DNA of 33,845 nucleotides, taken from the NCBI GenBank assembly GCA_964619725.1, contig CAZUFC010000095.1:1-33845 (forward strand), given 5' to 3'. Shown piece by piece: positions 8,703 to 18,510 of the stretch. Position 1 is the stretch's first letter. The number at the start of each line of letters is the position of its first letter. The position numbers and the translations under genes were made by a program. Below the pieces are notes generated by a model. That model did not search any database. It had not been told where the DNA came from and was given only the letters and a program-made list of their open reading frames with translations. Source of the stretch: an uncultured bacterium (GTDB lineage Bacteria; CSSED10-310; CAZUFC01).

Positions 8703-10190
8703 ATGCCGCTGTTCGGAAAAACAGATGAAAAGGAAGGGAGAAAGCTTGTCAAGCAACTGGAAAAGCAGGTTCGACAGGCAAGAAAGAAATCCGATTACAA
8801 AACGGAAGCGAAGGCTTGGGAAGATTTAGCCTATTTTTACATGGAAACGGGAGAACTGGAGCAGGCTCGGGATGCCTGGATAGAAGTTTTGAAGCTTTTT
8901 CAGGGAGCAGGGGAGAGAAAAAAAACGGGATCAGTATTCATGAATCTGGGCGCTGTGTCGCATAAGATGAACGAGCCGGAGGAATCTGAGAGGTTTTACA
9001 GGAAGGCGTTGGCGGTTCATGAAGATATAAGTGAACGGAAGGGAGCTGTTCAGGATTATTATAATCTGGCCATGCTGAGCGCGTCACAATCAGATTTCGC
9101 AACCGCCGTAACATATTTGGAGAAGGGGTGGGCGATTGCGGAGGCAGATGAAGAGGATGCGGCGATGAAGGCATTGTCGGCTTTGCTGGTTGAATACCTG
9201 GGAAATTATTATTTTCATTTTTGCGATTATGAGAAGGCAATAGATAAATTCAGGAAGCTGGTTTCGCTGGGAGAAGGCAACGACACCGCCGAATGGGCGG
9301 TTAAGGGGCTTTGTGGATTAAGCCGCAGTTATATGTTAATCGGCGAATATCATGACAGTTTTCACAGCCTGGAAGATGCCATGGAATGCGCAGAAAATTC
9401 GGAGAGTCCGGAATTGAAAGCCAGGGCATTAACTCAGATCAGTCATGTTTATCTGTCGTTGGGCGACACGGACAAGGCGCGTTCATTCGCTTTGAAAGCA
9501 AAAGAACTGATAGATGAGGAGCAATTTCCCGCCTTATCCATTCGCGTTTATACGGCGATGGCTCATGTAAATTCTGAACGGGGCATGTCGGAGAAGACGC
9601 GTGAATATCTGGACAGGGCTATGGCGCTTGCGGAGGCAACCGGAAACAATGTCGAACAGATGAATATCCTCTGGAATTATGCGAATGTCGACCTGAAAGA
9701 AGGAAGATTCAGGGAGGCTTATTCGCGTTCCGGCAAGGCATTGCGCATCGTCCTGGATATCGGCGATCGTCTGATGGAGGGTTATCTTTCGATAACGATG
9801 GGTAAAATTTATCAGAGGATGGGCGACAGGGAAAACGCCCTGAACTGCCGTGAAAAAGCTCTGCAGATAGCCGATGACATCGATGTGCCTGAACTGTTAT
9901 GGGAAGCGCATTACAGCCTGGGAAGACTGTATCATTCCATGAAAAAATTTAATGATGCCTATTCCCATTACCGTAAAGCGGTAGAAACGCTGGATTATCT
10001 CGGTGAAAAGATAAGAGTCAAGTATCTTGCGGACATTTATTTTCAGAAGAAATCACGGATCAGAGTTTACCAGGACCTGATAACGCTGTTGATCGCCTTG
10101 AACAGGAAAGAAGAAGCTTCCATGTATTACAGGCGCGTAGGATCGTCTGAATTGAAAAACAGGTTAAAGCATTTGATTCATGACGAATAA
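8703..10190 (+). CDS. cytoplasmic tetratricopeptide-repeat protein
   Basis: Serial ~40-aa TPR units (AWEDLAYFY, VFMNLGAVS, DYYNLAML, ALTQISHVY, AHYSLGRLY); no signal peptide. ATG 8703 with GGAG/AGGG RBS preferred over TTG 8664. Confidence 0.85.
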   Translation: MPLFGKTDEKEGRKLVKQLEKQVRQARKKSDYKTEAKAWEDLAYFYMETGELEQARDAWIEVLKLFQGAGERKKTGSVFMNLGAVSHKMNEPEESERFYRKALAVHEDISERKGAVQDYYNLAMLSASQSDFATAVTYLEKGWAIAEADEEDAAMKALSALLVEYLGNYYFHFCDYEKAIDKFRKLVSLGEGNDTAEWAVKGLCGLSRSYMLIGEYHDSFHSLEDAMECAENSESPELKARALTQISHVYLSLGDTDKARSFALKAKELIDEEQFPALSIRVYTAMAHVNSERGMSEKTREYLDRAMALAEATGNNVEQMNILWNYANVDLKEGRFREAYSRSGKALRIVLDIGDRLMEGYLSITMGKIYQRMGDRENALNCREKALQIADDIDVPELLWEAHYSLGRLYHSMKKFNDAYSHYRKAVETLDYLGEKIRVKYLADIYFQKKSRIRVYQDLITLLIALNRKEEASMYYRRVGSSELKNRLKHLIHDE

Positions 10191-10230
10191 GGCGGAAAAT
10201 CGACAGGAGATTTTCGGCTGATTCTCCGCC
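10191..10230. terminator. hairpin between convergent genes (possible bidirectional terminator)
   Basis: GGCGGAAAATC...GATTCTCCGCC, 10/11 complementary, immediately after the TPR stop and downstream of rnfA; no clear U-tract. Confidence 0.45.
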
Positions 10231-10263
10231 GGGGGAATGCTGAATTTTGGGGAAGGAATCGAG

Positions 10264-10839
10264 TCAACCGAGTCCGGCAAAACCCATAAAAGCCAGCGCC
10301 AGTAAACCTGCGGTGATCAGCGCAATGGGCGCTCCTTCGAATATTTCCGGAACGCCCGTCAGATCGAGTCGTTCTCTGATGCCTGCGAACAGGACTATGG
10401 CGAGGGTGAAGCCTATGGCGGAGGCGAAACTGAAAAGCAGGGAGTTCGGAAAATTGTAGGATTTGTTGATATTGATGATGGTTACGCCTAGAATAGCGCA
10501 ATTGGTTGTGATAAGAGGAAGATATATGCCCAGGGATTTATAGAGGTCAGGCAGGATTTTTCTGAGCGCTATTTCAACTGATTGGACGAGTGCAGCGATA
10601 ATGAGGATGAAAAAGACCGTCTGCAGGAATTCTATGTGCAGCGGAACCAGGATGCAGTAATGAATAGGCCAGGTGATGGCTGATGCGGCAGTCATCACGA
10701 ATGTTACGGCGAATCCCATACCCAGGGCGGTTTCTATTCTCCGGGAAACCCCTATGTAAGGACATATTCCTAGAAAACGGCTGAAGATCACGTTTTTCAC
10801 CAAAACAGCGGCCAGTATCACTTTAAGGATATCATGCAT
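10264..10839 (-). CDS. rnfA: Rnf electron transport complex subunit A
   Basis: [54 protein letters not shown]. Start at MHDILK (AGGAG RBS) rather than 10860. Confidence 0.96.
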   Translation of the reverse strand: MHDILKVILAAVLVKNVIFSRFLGICPYIGVSRRIETALGMGFAVTFVMTAASAITWPIHYCILVPLHIEFLQTVFFILIIAALVQSVEIALRKILPDLYKSLGIYLPLITTNCAILGVTIININKSYNFPNSLLFSFASAIGFTLAIVLFAGIRERLDLTGVPEIFEGAPIALITAGLLALAFMGFAGLG

Positions 10840-11434
10840 TCCGTTTTCTCCTGCGATCAATGCTTTTAATCAAGGCTAAAAGGAGGCCGAGGGTAATGAA
10901 GGCGCCCGGAGGCAACACCATTAAGAGGAAGGGGACGTATCTTTCGCCCAGGATATTGATTCCGAAAGCGCTGCCGGAGCCCAACAATTCACGGATCATT
11001 CCCAGAACGCCCAGTGAAATCGTAAATCCTGCTCCCAGTCCCAATCCGTCGACAAAAGATGAAAAAACGCGATTTCGGGATGCGAAGGCTTCCGCTCTGC
11101 CCAGAATAAGACAATTAACGACTATCAGAGGAATAAAGAGCCCCAGTTTTTTATGAAGATCGTACATAAAACCTTTGAGGACCAGATCGGTAATAGTGAC
11201 GAAAGAAGCTATAACTACAATGTAGCAGGGAATTCTAACGCGATCAGGAATGCTTTTTTTCAAAAGGGAGACGACGACATTGGAGCAGACCAGGACAAAG
11301 GTCGTTGAAAGTCCCATACCTATGCCGTCCAGAGCGGTCGTCGTTACGGCCAATGTAGGGCACAGACCCAGAAGTAGACGAAAAACAGGATTCTCTTTCC
11401 AGAAACCTTTGAGGAAATTTTGCAGTTCATTCAT
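10832..11434 (-). CDS. rnfE: Rnf subunit E
   Basis: [44 protein letters not shown]. Confidence 0.96.
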   Translation of the reverse strand: MNELQNFLKGFWKENPVFRLLLGLCPTLAVTTTALDGIGMGLSTTFVLVCSNVVVSLLKKSIPDRVRIPCYIVVIASFVTITDLVLKGFMYDLHKKLGLFIPLIVVNCLILGRAEAFASRNRVFSSFVDGLGLGAGFTISLGVLGMIRELLGSGSAFGINILGERYVPFLLMVLPPGAFITLGLLLALIKSIDRRRKRNA

Positions 11435-12039
11435 GGCGGCTCCATGTCGGCGACGTTTTCCATTTTTTCAAGCATCTGAAGACCTGTTTTGAGCGCTTCG
11501 GTAACGGCCCTGGAAGAAATGGTGGCTGATGTGACGGCATCAACATCGCCGCCGTCCTTTTCTACCGCGAATGTGAAATTTCTCAAGGATTTTCCTTTAA
11601 ATTGATCAAGGAATTCAGGATTGCATATTTTAGAGCCCAGTCCGGGGGTTTCTCTGTGTTCGAGGATATAAACGCCGTGTATGCGTCCGGATGCATCAAC
11701 GCCGAGCATAATGCGAATAAGACCGGAGTAGCCGTCCATGGTCCTGACCTCCAGAGCGGCGCCGACAGAATCTCCATTTTGATTACGGGCTTTATAAAAC
11801 TGATATTTTTTTTCCTGGTTTTCAACAAGGATTGAGTTTTGAGCGGGCTCGCCGGCGAAATCGGGAAGGACCTGGCGCAGCGCTTTCATTTTTTCGCGGT
11901 AAATGGAATTTTCGATCGGTTTTTTCGTAAGAGCGTAAACCATCGCCAGGGTTCCGGCGGACAGGGAACAGATGAGGAAAACAATGAAGATCGTTTTAAG
12001 GTCGTTTCGGATATTTTGTGTTTTGGTTAATTCAGTCAT
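11431..12039 (-). CDS. rnfG: Rnf subunit G (FMN-binding)
   Basis: N-terminal TM helix, GYSGLI, HRETPGLGSKI, DAVTSATISSRAV flavinylation motif. Confidence 0.95.
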   Translation of the reverse strand: MTELTKTQNIRNDLKTIFIVFLICSLSAGTLAMVYALTKKPIENSIYREKMKALRQVLPDFAGEPAQNSILVENQEKKYQFYKARNQNGDSVGAALEVRTMDGYSGLIRIMLGVDASGRIHGVYILEHRETPGLGSKICNPEFLDQFKGKSLRNFTFAVEKDGGDVDAVTSATISSRAVTEALKTGLQMLEKMENVADMEPP

Positions 12040-13015
12040 TTTTTCCGAATATCTTCGGTTTAGCGAACCTGTCGATTAAAGGGGTGAAACCGTTCATAAT
12101 GAGTATGGCGAAGGAAACGCCTTCGGGATAAGCGCCGAACAGGCGAATAACTGCAGTAATAAGCCCGCATCCGCATCCGAAGAGGATTTGTCCTTTTCGA
12201 GTTACCGGTGAAGTAACCATATCGGTAGCCATAAAAAAGGCGCCGAGAATAAGCCCGCCCGATATGAGATGAAAGAACGGACTGATGTAGCCGGCAGGAG
12301 CGGTTATGTAAGCGGCGCCGGTCACGATCATGGTCGTTCCGATGAAAGTAACGGGAATTTCCCAGGTGATGCAGCGACAAACGAACAAGATGAGCGCGCC
12401 GAGAAGAAGGGCAGGGACGCATGTTTCACCGAGGGAACCGGCGATATTTCCCAAAAAGATGTTTTTCGTCTCATAATTGTCCAAAAATGCGGCAACGCCG
12501 TCCGTCTTGACTGTATCCAGGGGCGTTGCAGCAGTAACGACGTCGACAGCGGCAGCGCTTTCGACGGGTTGATGCCAGGAAGTCATTTGCACCGGAAAAG
12601 AAACCAGCAGTATGACCCGGGCAGCCAGTGCCGGATTAAAAGGATTCCTGCCTAAACCTCCGTAAACGTGCTTGCCGATAAAAATTGCGGCAAAGGAACC
12701 GACGAGGACCAGCCAGACAGGAGAAGATGGAGGTAGATTCAGCGCCAGGAGAATGCCTGTAATGAGGGCGCTGCCGTCGAACATGGTTTTTAAGGGATGG
12801 GGGTCCGTATTCATTAATTTGACGATAATGCCCTCGATAAGCACGCAGAAAACCATGCAGCTCAAAATCACCATTACGGCCCGCCATCCGAAATAATATA
12901 TTGCGGCAGCCACCGCCGGAAGCAATGACAGGACGACTGAATACATTATTTTTCGAATCGTACGATTAGAAAAGGTATGAGGAGAAGAAGCGAGGCTGAG
13001 TTTGTCAATATCCAT
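12032..13015 (-). CDS. rnfD: Rnf subunit D
   Basis: SSPH, GGLGRNPFNPA, DVVTAATPL, GSLGET, FFMATDMVTSP, YPEGVSFAILIMN. Confidence 0.96.
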   Translation of the reverse strand: MDIDKLSLASSPHTFSNRTIRKIMYSVVLSLLPAVAAAIYYFGWRAVMVILSCMVFCVLIEGIIVKLMNTDPHPLKTMFDGSALITGILLALNLPPSSPVWLVLVGSFAAIFIGKHVYGGLGRNPFNPALAARVILLVSFPVQMTSWHQPVESAAAVDVVTAATPLDTVKTDGVAAFLDNYETKNIFLGNIAGSLGETCVPALLLGALILFVCRCITWEIPVTFIGTTMIVTGAAYITAPAGYISPFFHLISGGLILGAFFMATDMVTSPVTRKGQILFGCGCGLITAVIRLFGAYPEGVSFAILIMNGFTPLIDRFAKPKIFGKND

Positions 13016-13054
13016 TTGCCGGTCCTTCAGTTTTTGGAGCAGATAACTTCGAAT

Positions 13055-14392
13055 TTACGTTTTTTGTCGTTTTTGAAGTTCCAGGACCTCTTTTTTAGCC
13101 AATCGAATCCATTGCACCAGGGGGCGCCGGGCCGGACAGGCGAAGCAGCAGCAACCGCATTCCAGGCAGAAGACGGCATCCGCAGCCTCCGGGAATTTTC
13201 CGCGTTCAGCGAACAGAGCCAGTAGATAAGGGGCAAGGCCCATGGGGCAAACTTCTATGCACTTGCCGCAGCGGATACATTGTTTTTCAGAGTATTCATC
13301 CGCTTCATCCGCTGCCATACAGACAATTCCCGATGTCGCTTTTGTAACGGGAGCGTTCAAGTCATTAATCGAAACACCCATCATCGGGCCGCCCATGATT
13401 ATCCTGAAAGGTTGTTCCTTGAAGCCTCCGCAATATTCTATGACGTCTTTTACGGCGACGCCGATGCCGACAAGAAGATTTTTAGGAGTGGCGACCGCTT
13501 TCCCGGAAACGGTGACTATTCTTTCGATCAACGGTTTATTTTCATATAAGGCGGAATAGACGGCATAGGCCGTTCCTACATTATGGACCACGACCCCGAT
13601 ATGGAAAGGCAGTTTGCCCGTCGGAACCTCACGGCCCGTGACGGCTTTAATCAGTTGTTTTTCAGCGCCTTGAGGATATTTTGTTTTGCATGATTTAACG
13701 ATCGCTGACGAACCTGCAGCACGGACGGCTTTTTCCATTTTTTCCAATGCGTCGGGTTTATTGTCCTCTATTCCAATGTAGGCTTTTTCAGCTCCCAGTA
13801 TCTTTACGATCAATTCAAGTCCTTTAATCGTCTGTACGGGTTTTTCCGTCATAAGTCGGTGGTCTGCAGTCAAGTATGGTTCGCATTCGGCTCCGTTCAA
13901 TATCAGGATATCCACTTGATCGTCGGGAGGCGGCGATAATTTTACGGAAGTCGGAAAAGCTGCTCCGCCCATACCCACAATGCCGCTATCGCCGATGATC
14001 CGCAATAATTCTGCGGGGGACATGCTTTCCAGCTTTTCGCCGCTTCTCGCCGATGTCGCATCCTCGGTCCAGGTATCCTGCCGGTCGTTTTCGATCATGA
14101 CGCATAACGAGCGCAAGGAAGAACATGTCACGGCATGTTCTATTTTCCGAACCTTTCCTGATACGGATGAATGAACCGGCGCCGAAACAGGCGCATCGGC
14201 TTTTCCGATCTGTTGACCTTTCTTTACTATTTCACCTTTTCTTACCGTCGGTTTGCAGGGCGTTCCCAGGTGCTGGTCCAGGGGTATTCTTACATTCGCA
14301 GGGAACGGCATTCGTTCTATAGCCTTGTCTGCAGTTAAATGCTTCATGCCGGGAGGATGTACGCCTCCCTTTTTAAATGTGACAACTTTCAC
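13055..14392 (-). CDS. rnfC: Rnf subunit C (NADH/FMN, 2x[4Fe-4S])
   Basis: GTG start; GGVHP, GIVGMGGAAFPT, NGAECEPYLTAD, KYPQGAEKQLI, GGPMMG, CIRCGKCIEVCP and CLECGCCCFACP. Confidence 0.96.
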   Translation of the reverse strand: MKVVTFKKGGVHPPGMKHLTADKAIERMPFPANVRIPLDQHLGTPCKPTVRKGEIVKKGQQIGKADAPVSAPVHSSVSGKVRKIEHAVTCSSLRSLCVMIENDRQDTWTEDATSARSGEKLESMSPAELLRIIGDSGIVGMGGAAFPTSVKLSPPPDDQVDILILNGAECEPYLTADHRLMTEKPVQTIKGLELIVKILGAEKAYIGIEDNKPDALEKMEKAVRAAGSSAIVKSCKTKYPQGAEKQLIKAVTGREVPTGKLPFHIGVVVHNVGTAYAVYSALYENKPLIERIVTVSGKAVATPKNLLVGIGVAVKDVIEYCGGFKEQPFRIIMGGPMMGVSINDLNAPVTKATSGIVCMAADEADEYSEKQCIRCGKCIEVCPMGLAPYLLALFAERGKFPEAADAVFCLECGCCCFACPARRPLVQWIRLAKKEVLELQKRQKT

Positions 14393-15218
14393 TTTCCACC
14401 GTCGTCAACGATTCTTCCCCCGCTATGCGTATCGTGCTCCTGGGGCATGCTGCGATACATTCGCCGCATCCCGAGCATTTGGTATAATCGATGCAAGCCA
14501 GATGCTCCTTTAGAGTAATCGCATTTTCAGGACATGCTTTACGGCATTTGCCGCAACCTATGCAGCCGTGCTTGCATATTTTCAGGACTACAGGACCTTT
14601 ATCGACAGAATTACATGCGACATACACGGGACTTTTTTCGGGAACCATCTTTATTACGGAGCGAGGACAAATTTGCACGCATTGGCCGCATCCCCGGCAT
14701 TCATCTTCGTTGATATGAATTATTCCATCTACAATGCAGATACCTCCGACAGGACATACATCACTGCATGAACCAAAGCCGAGACAACCATAGGGACACA
14801 ACATTTCGCTTCCGCCGATCAGCATGGCGGCGCGACAGTCTTCGATCCCCTGATATTGGCCTGCATGCCGGGCGTTTTCGCGATTCCCGCTGCAGAATAA
14901 TCGCGCCTTCATTTTTACGCCTTTCCCGCCCGAAATCTCGCGTCCTAATATCTCATCAATCGTGCAAGCGACCTCCTTGCCTCCTACAGGACAATATATC
15001 TCTTCGTCGTCCGGATTCCGTATCAAAGTTTCGGCGAAATTCGAACACCCCGCGAATCCGCAAGCGCCGCAATTTCCTCCTGGTACAGCTTCAATGATTT
15101 TTTCAGTCTTGGGGTCCGTCTCAACATAAAATTTCTTTGAAACGAACAAAAGCAATGCCGCCGCAACAATGCCGCAAAAGCCCGAAATTACAACAGAAAT
15201 CAGGATAAGATTGTACAT
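14373..15218 (-). CDS. rnfB: Rnf subunit B (polyferredoxin type)
   Basis: N-terminal TM helix, PGGNCGACGFAGC, CPVGG, multiple CxxCxxCxxxCP clusters; start likely MYNLILISV at 15218. Confidence 0.95.
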   Translation of the reverse strand: MYNLILISVVISGFCGIVAAALLLFVSKKFYVETDPKTEKIIEAVPGGNCGACGFAGCSNFAETLIRNPDDEEIYCPVGGKEVACTIDEILGREISGGKGVKMKARLFCSGNRENARHAGQYQGIEDCRAAMLIGGSEMLCPYGCLGFGSCSDVCPVGGICIVDGIIHINEDECRGCGQCVQICPRSVIKMVPEKSPVYVACNSVDKGPVVLKICKHGCIGCGKCRKACPENAITLKEHLACIDYTKCSGCGECIAACPRSTIRIAGEESLTTVESESCHI

Positions 15219-15328
15219 TGTTTCAGGTATCAATGCTGAAAATTTCCTCCCTATTTCCTCTGCGCGCCAAAGAATATTTTTGGAACTTTTCCGAAAAAAA
15301 CGGATTCGTAAAACCAAAAGTATTAATG

Positions 15329-15357
15329 ATTATAAAAAAAAATCAGTCTAATGTCAA
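15329..15357 (-). promoter_or_regulatory. perfect-consensus sigma70 promoter of the rnf operon
   Basis: Minus strand TTGACA (15357-15352), 17 bp, TATAAT (15334-15329), ~110 bp upstream of rnfB. Confidence 0.85.
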
Positions 15358-15501
15358 AGCAAATAAAAGGTTTTTTCGTCGCTCAATCAGCGCCGGACCG
15401 AAGTTTTTTTGATGGGAATATCGCGGGCAGCAGCCGGTTATTCGAAGAGCGCCGGCATGTCCGGCAGGCGTTGGAATACGGACCATTCCAGGCCAGTATT
15501 G

Positions 15502-16530
15502 TCAGATTTCTTTGATTTTTTGTTGCAGGAAATAAATTTTGACGGCGTACAAGGCGACGAGATGAAGTCTTTTTATGTCTTCAACATCTTCGATTTTTTT
15601 GCCGGACAGGAGGTTGTCGCCGTATGCAATGGCAGTTTTGTTTTTTCCTATAACGACGGGGAGTATAACGACGTCGGGAGGGAAAAGGTCTCCGATGGCG
15701 CCGATAAGTCTTCTGTTTTCTTCGGTTCGTTCAAGGACGCCATGAAACATTTTTGTGCTGTTGATATAGGATTTAAGGAAAGAAGGCTTATTGAAGTCGA
15801 AATTCAATATTTCGCCCTTTTTGCCTCCGATAAATTCTTCAAAATCATCCCAGAACAGCAGGTTCATGCGGTCTACGATAAAAAGGATGATGCGTTCGCA
15901 AAAATTCGCAAGCTGTTCGAGGAAAAGGGAAAGGATTTCTCTTCTAGTGTCCGATTTGAGGAATTTTTCTTTGTTCAATTGAATGATGTCAGTTTTATGT
16001 TTTTTAGCGACGAGTTCTTTTTCGACGACAGACGTCGAAACGACCGAAGGGGAATTGTTGTCGGAAAGCGAACGGATAAGGTTGTAATAGCGAAAATTGC
16101 GGCTGAGGTTGTAGTATTTGTCGAGGGCATAGTAAATGCGTGCTTCAGTAGCGATATAGAATTTAACGGTGCATCCGGTAATGAAGCTGAGCGTGTCGAC
16201 GGCAGACAAGTCCAGGGGGTCTATCATCGCTACGTGCAGTTTGTAGTGTTCTTTTTTGAAAGGAACGACTTTGTAGTCGACGGCTATTTTTTTCGGTAAT
16301 ACGGAAATGACGTGAGGCGGTATGTTATCGAGCGCTCCTGAAGGTATGGCTGGAATGTTGGTCTGTTTTGAGAGGTATTGCGTCATTTCATTTTCATGAA
16401 TGAAGCCGAGTTCCAGGAGGTTAGTTCCCAGCCGGCCTCCGAGTATGCGTTGTCGCTGATAGGCTTCCTTTAATTGACTTTCGCTGACTACGTTATCCAG
16501 GAGAAGTAATTCTCCGACCTTTGCAATCAT
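15502..16530 (-). CDS. MshEN/T2SSE_N domain protein without ATPase, with GAF-like C-terminus
   Basis: Tandem motifs KVGELLLLDNVVSESQLKEAYQRQ, 5 aa, RLGTNLLELGFIHENEMTQYLSKQ; VAMIDPLD; C-terminal VVILPVVIG..AIAYGDN; no Walker A. Confidence 0.8.
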   Translation of the reverse strand: MIAKVGELLLLDNVVSESQLKEAYQRQRILGGRLGTNLLELGFIHENEMTQYLSKQTNIPAIPSGALDNIPPHVISVLPKKIAVDYKVVPFKKEHYKLHVAMIDPLDLSAVDTLSFITGCTVKFYIATEARIYYALDKYYNLSRNFRYYNLIRSLSDNNSPSVVSTSVVEKELVAKKHKTDIIQLNKEKFLKSDTRREILSLFLEQLANFCERIILFIVDRMNLLFWDDFEEFIGGKKGEILNFDFNKPSFLKSYINSTKMFHGVLERTEENRRLIGAIGDLFPPDVVILPVVIGKNKTAIAYGDNLLSGKKIEDVEDIKRLHLVALYAVKIYFLQQKIKEI

Positions 16531-16542
16531 AATTAACCTGCC

Positions 16543-17370
16543 TCAAGTAAGTTTAAAATGAACGTCTATGATGCCCCAAACTTCTTGGTCTCCGTCTTCA
16601 TCAATATTTATAGGTTCAAAAAGCCATTTTTTCAAGTACTCAATTGCGATTCTTTCCAAATGAGCGTCCCCTTTTTGTTGAGGGACTATTCTGCCGACTG
16701 TTCCGTCAGGCAGAACCCAGAATTTCAGAGTGATTGAAGTTTCGAGACGAACGTTTACTTCCGGAGGATCAGGTTGATAAAGAATTTTCCTTTCTCCTGC
16801 CGGTCCTTCTATGGCTCGTCTCGTTTCCCTTTTTTGGGGGACATCCCAATCGGGAATTTTCGACTCCGCATCATCGAAAAGATTGGGATCGGGGCGCCCC
16901 GGAGCAGCGAATTTTTCCGGTTTTACGGGTTCGAATACTGTTCCCTTTTCCACCCCTTCCCGGATGCCGAATTCTTTTTCCAGGGACCTGAGTCTGTCAG
17001 CAGTTAGTGTTCGCTCTTCATCCGATTCGACGGGAATACTGAAGGACATCTCAGGACGAAGCCGGGAAAGACGGGAAGGTAATTCCATCAAGGGGTCGGG
17101 CAATCTGTCGGATTCGCCTTTTGCCGAAATATCCTCGCCTGCATTCGTCTGACCCGCGGAAACTTCAGCCTGTTCTTCTTCCGTTCGATTGATCTGAACA
17201 ACCTGATCCTCAAATGATCTCGGCATAAAGGTAATCTCCAGCAATTCTTTCGTACCTCTCAGCGGATCGACTTCCATAGCGGGAATAAGGAATAAAACTG
17301 CAGCATGACACGCCAATGAAAAGATAAATGCTATTATAATTACGTTATCAAAATATTTCGATAAACTCAT
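16543..17370 (-). CDS. tonB: TonB-family energy transducer
   Basis: N-terminal TM with SxxxH (SLACH), long charged linker, TonB_C domain (ITLKFWVLPDGTV...AIEYLKKWLFEP); follows exbBD. Confidence 0.8.
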   Translation of the reverse strand: MSLSKYFDNVIIIAFIFSLACHAAVLFLIPAMEVDPLRGTKELLEITFMPRSFEDQVVQINRTEEEQAEVSAGQTNAGEDISAKGESDRLPDPLMELPSRLSRLRPEMSFSIPVESDEERTLTADRLRSLEKEFGIREGVEKGTVFEPVKPEKFAAPGRPDPNLFDDAESKIPDWDVPQKRETRRAIEGPAGERKILYQPDPPEVNVRLETSITLKFWVLPDGTVGRIVPQQKGDAHLERIAIEYLKKWLFEPINIDEDGDQEVWGIIDVHFKLT

Positions 17371-17379
17371 AACCTCTCG

Positions 17380-17784
17380 TCACTCATCCTTCTTAGGCGT
17401 TGTCGCTATTGCCAAGCGCTGAAAACCGGCCCCCTTCGCATAATCCATAACCTCAACCACCACTCCATGCGGTACGGTTTTATCCGCTTTAATAATCAAC
17501 AGCTCCTTGGCATCCGATTCTTCGAATAACTCCGGAAGGTCCTCCATTACCACGCGACCCTTTTCGAAATATATTTCACCGTCCTCCGTCAACAAAATGT
17601 TTTTTCCCGGTTCTCCATCGGCTTCAGATGCTTCGGCTTCCGGTAATTGTATTTTTAAACCGGGTTGCACCACGAAACTGGTTGAAATCATGAAGAAAAT
17701 AAGTAAAAGAAGTACTACGTCAATGAGCTGCGTTATGTTGACTTCTGCTTTGAGCGGTTCGGGAGGTTTAAAATTCATTTTCAT
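17380..17784 (-). CDS. exbD: ExbD/TolR family protein
   Basis: NITQLIDVVLLLLIFFMIST with the essential Asp; IKADKTVPHGVVVEVMD. Confidence 0.93.
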   Translation of the reverse strand: MKMNFKPPEPLKAEVNITQLIDVVLLLLIFFMISTSFVVQPGLKIQLPEAEASEADGEPGKNILLTEDGEIYFEKGRVVMEDLPELFEESDAKELLIIKADKTVPHGVVVEVMDYAKGAGFQRLAIATTPKKDE

Positions 17785-18403
17785 TTTCTCCGGGACGACG
17801 GCTTAAAATATCCAATATTTCCTGTGAAGCTTTTTCCATTTCAATCAGGATACGATTGGATCGTTTCATGAAATAATTGTAAGCCACCAGTGTAGGGATA
17901 CCGACAACCAGACCGGCCGCTGTAGTTATTAAGGCTTCAGAGATGCCTGCCGATAATGCGGCGGGATCGCCGACTCCCTGAATAGAGATGACGTGGAAAA
18001 CCCGAATCATACCCGTTACAGTTCCTAACAAGCCCAGAAGCGGCGAAATGCTTGCGATAGTGGCCAGGATGCCCAGATTCTTTTCCAGTACGAGCATTTC
18101 CTGTCTGCCGGCCATTTCAATGGTTTCTTTGATTTCGGCCCTGGAGCGATTGATTTTATCAATACCGGCTTTAATAATTCGGGATATTGATTCTTCGGAA
18201 TTTTCACAATATGTCATAACTTCCAGCACCATATTTTTTTTGAGCAATGATTTGATTTCCAGCAGGAAATCCGGAGGAATTATCTTATTTCTTTTGAGCC
18301 TGACAAATCTTTCGATGACGACGGTGAGCGCAATAACAGAGCACAAACCGATGGGGATCATTAAGTATCCGCCTTTTAAAACGTATGAAAAAAGATTATC
18401 CAT
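17768..18403 (-). CDS. exbB: MotA/TolQ/ExbB proton channel protein
   Basis: GGYLMIPI, SPLLGLLGTVTGMI, GISEALITTAAGLVVGIP. Confidence 0.93.
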   Translation of the reverse strand: MDNLFSYVLKGGYLMIPIGLCSVIALTVVIERFVRLKRNKIIPPDFLLEIKSLLKKNMVLEVMTYCENSEESISRIIKAGIDKINRSRAEIKETIEMAGRQEMLVLEKNLGILATIASISPLLGLLGTVTGMIRVFHVISIQGVGDPAALSAGISEALITTAAGLVVGIPTLVAYNYFMKRSNRILIEMEKASQEILDILSRRPGENENEF

Positions 18404-18510
18404 GTCGCTTTTCTCCTCGTCCAGATAATTGAGTTCGCTCAGAAACGGCTTATGGATTCCTCCATTGCCGGTTTTCGAAATCCGGTGCGGCAGAACCGGG
18501 CAATTTTCTT

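Noticed and set aside
15409-16299. 296-aa plus-strand ORF
   Set aside because: Antisense shadow of the MshEN gene; Phe/Val-rich composition typical of reverse-complement frames.
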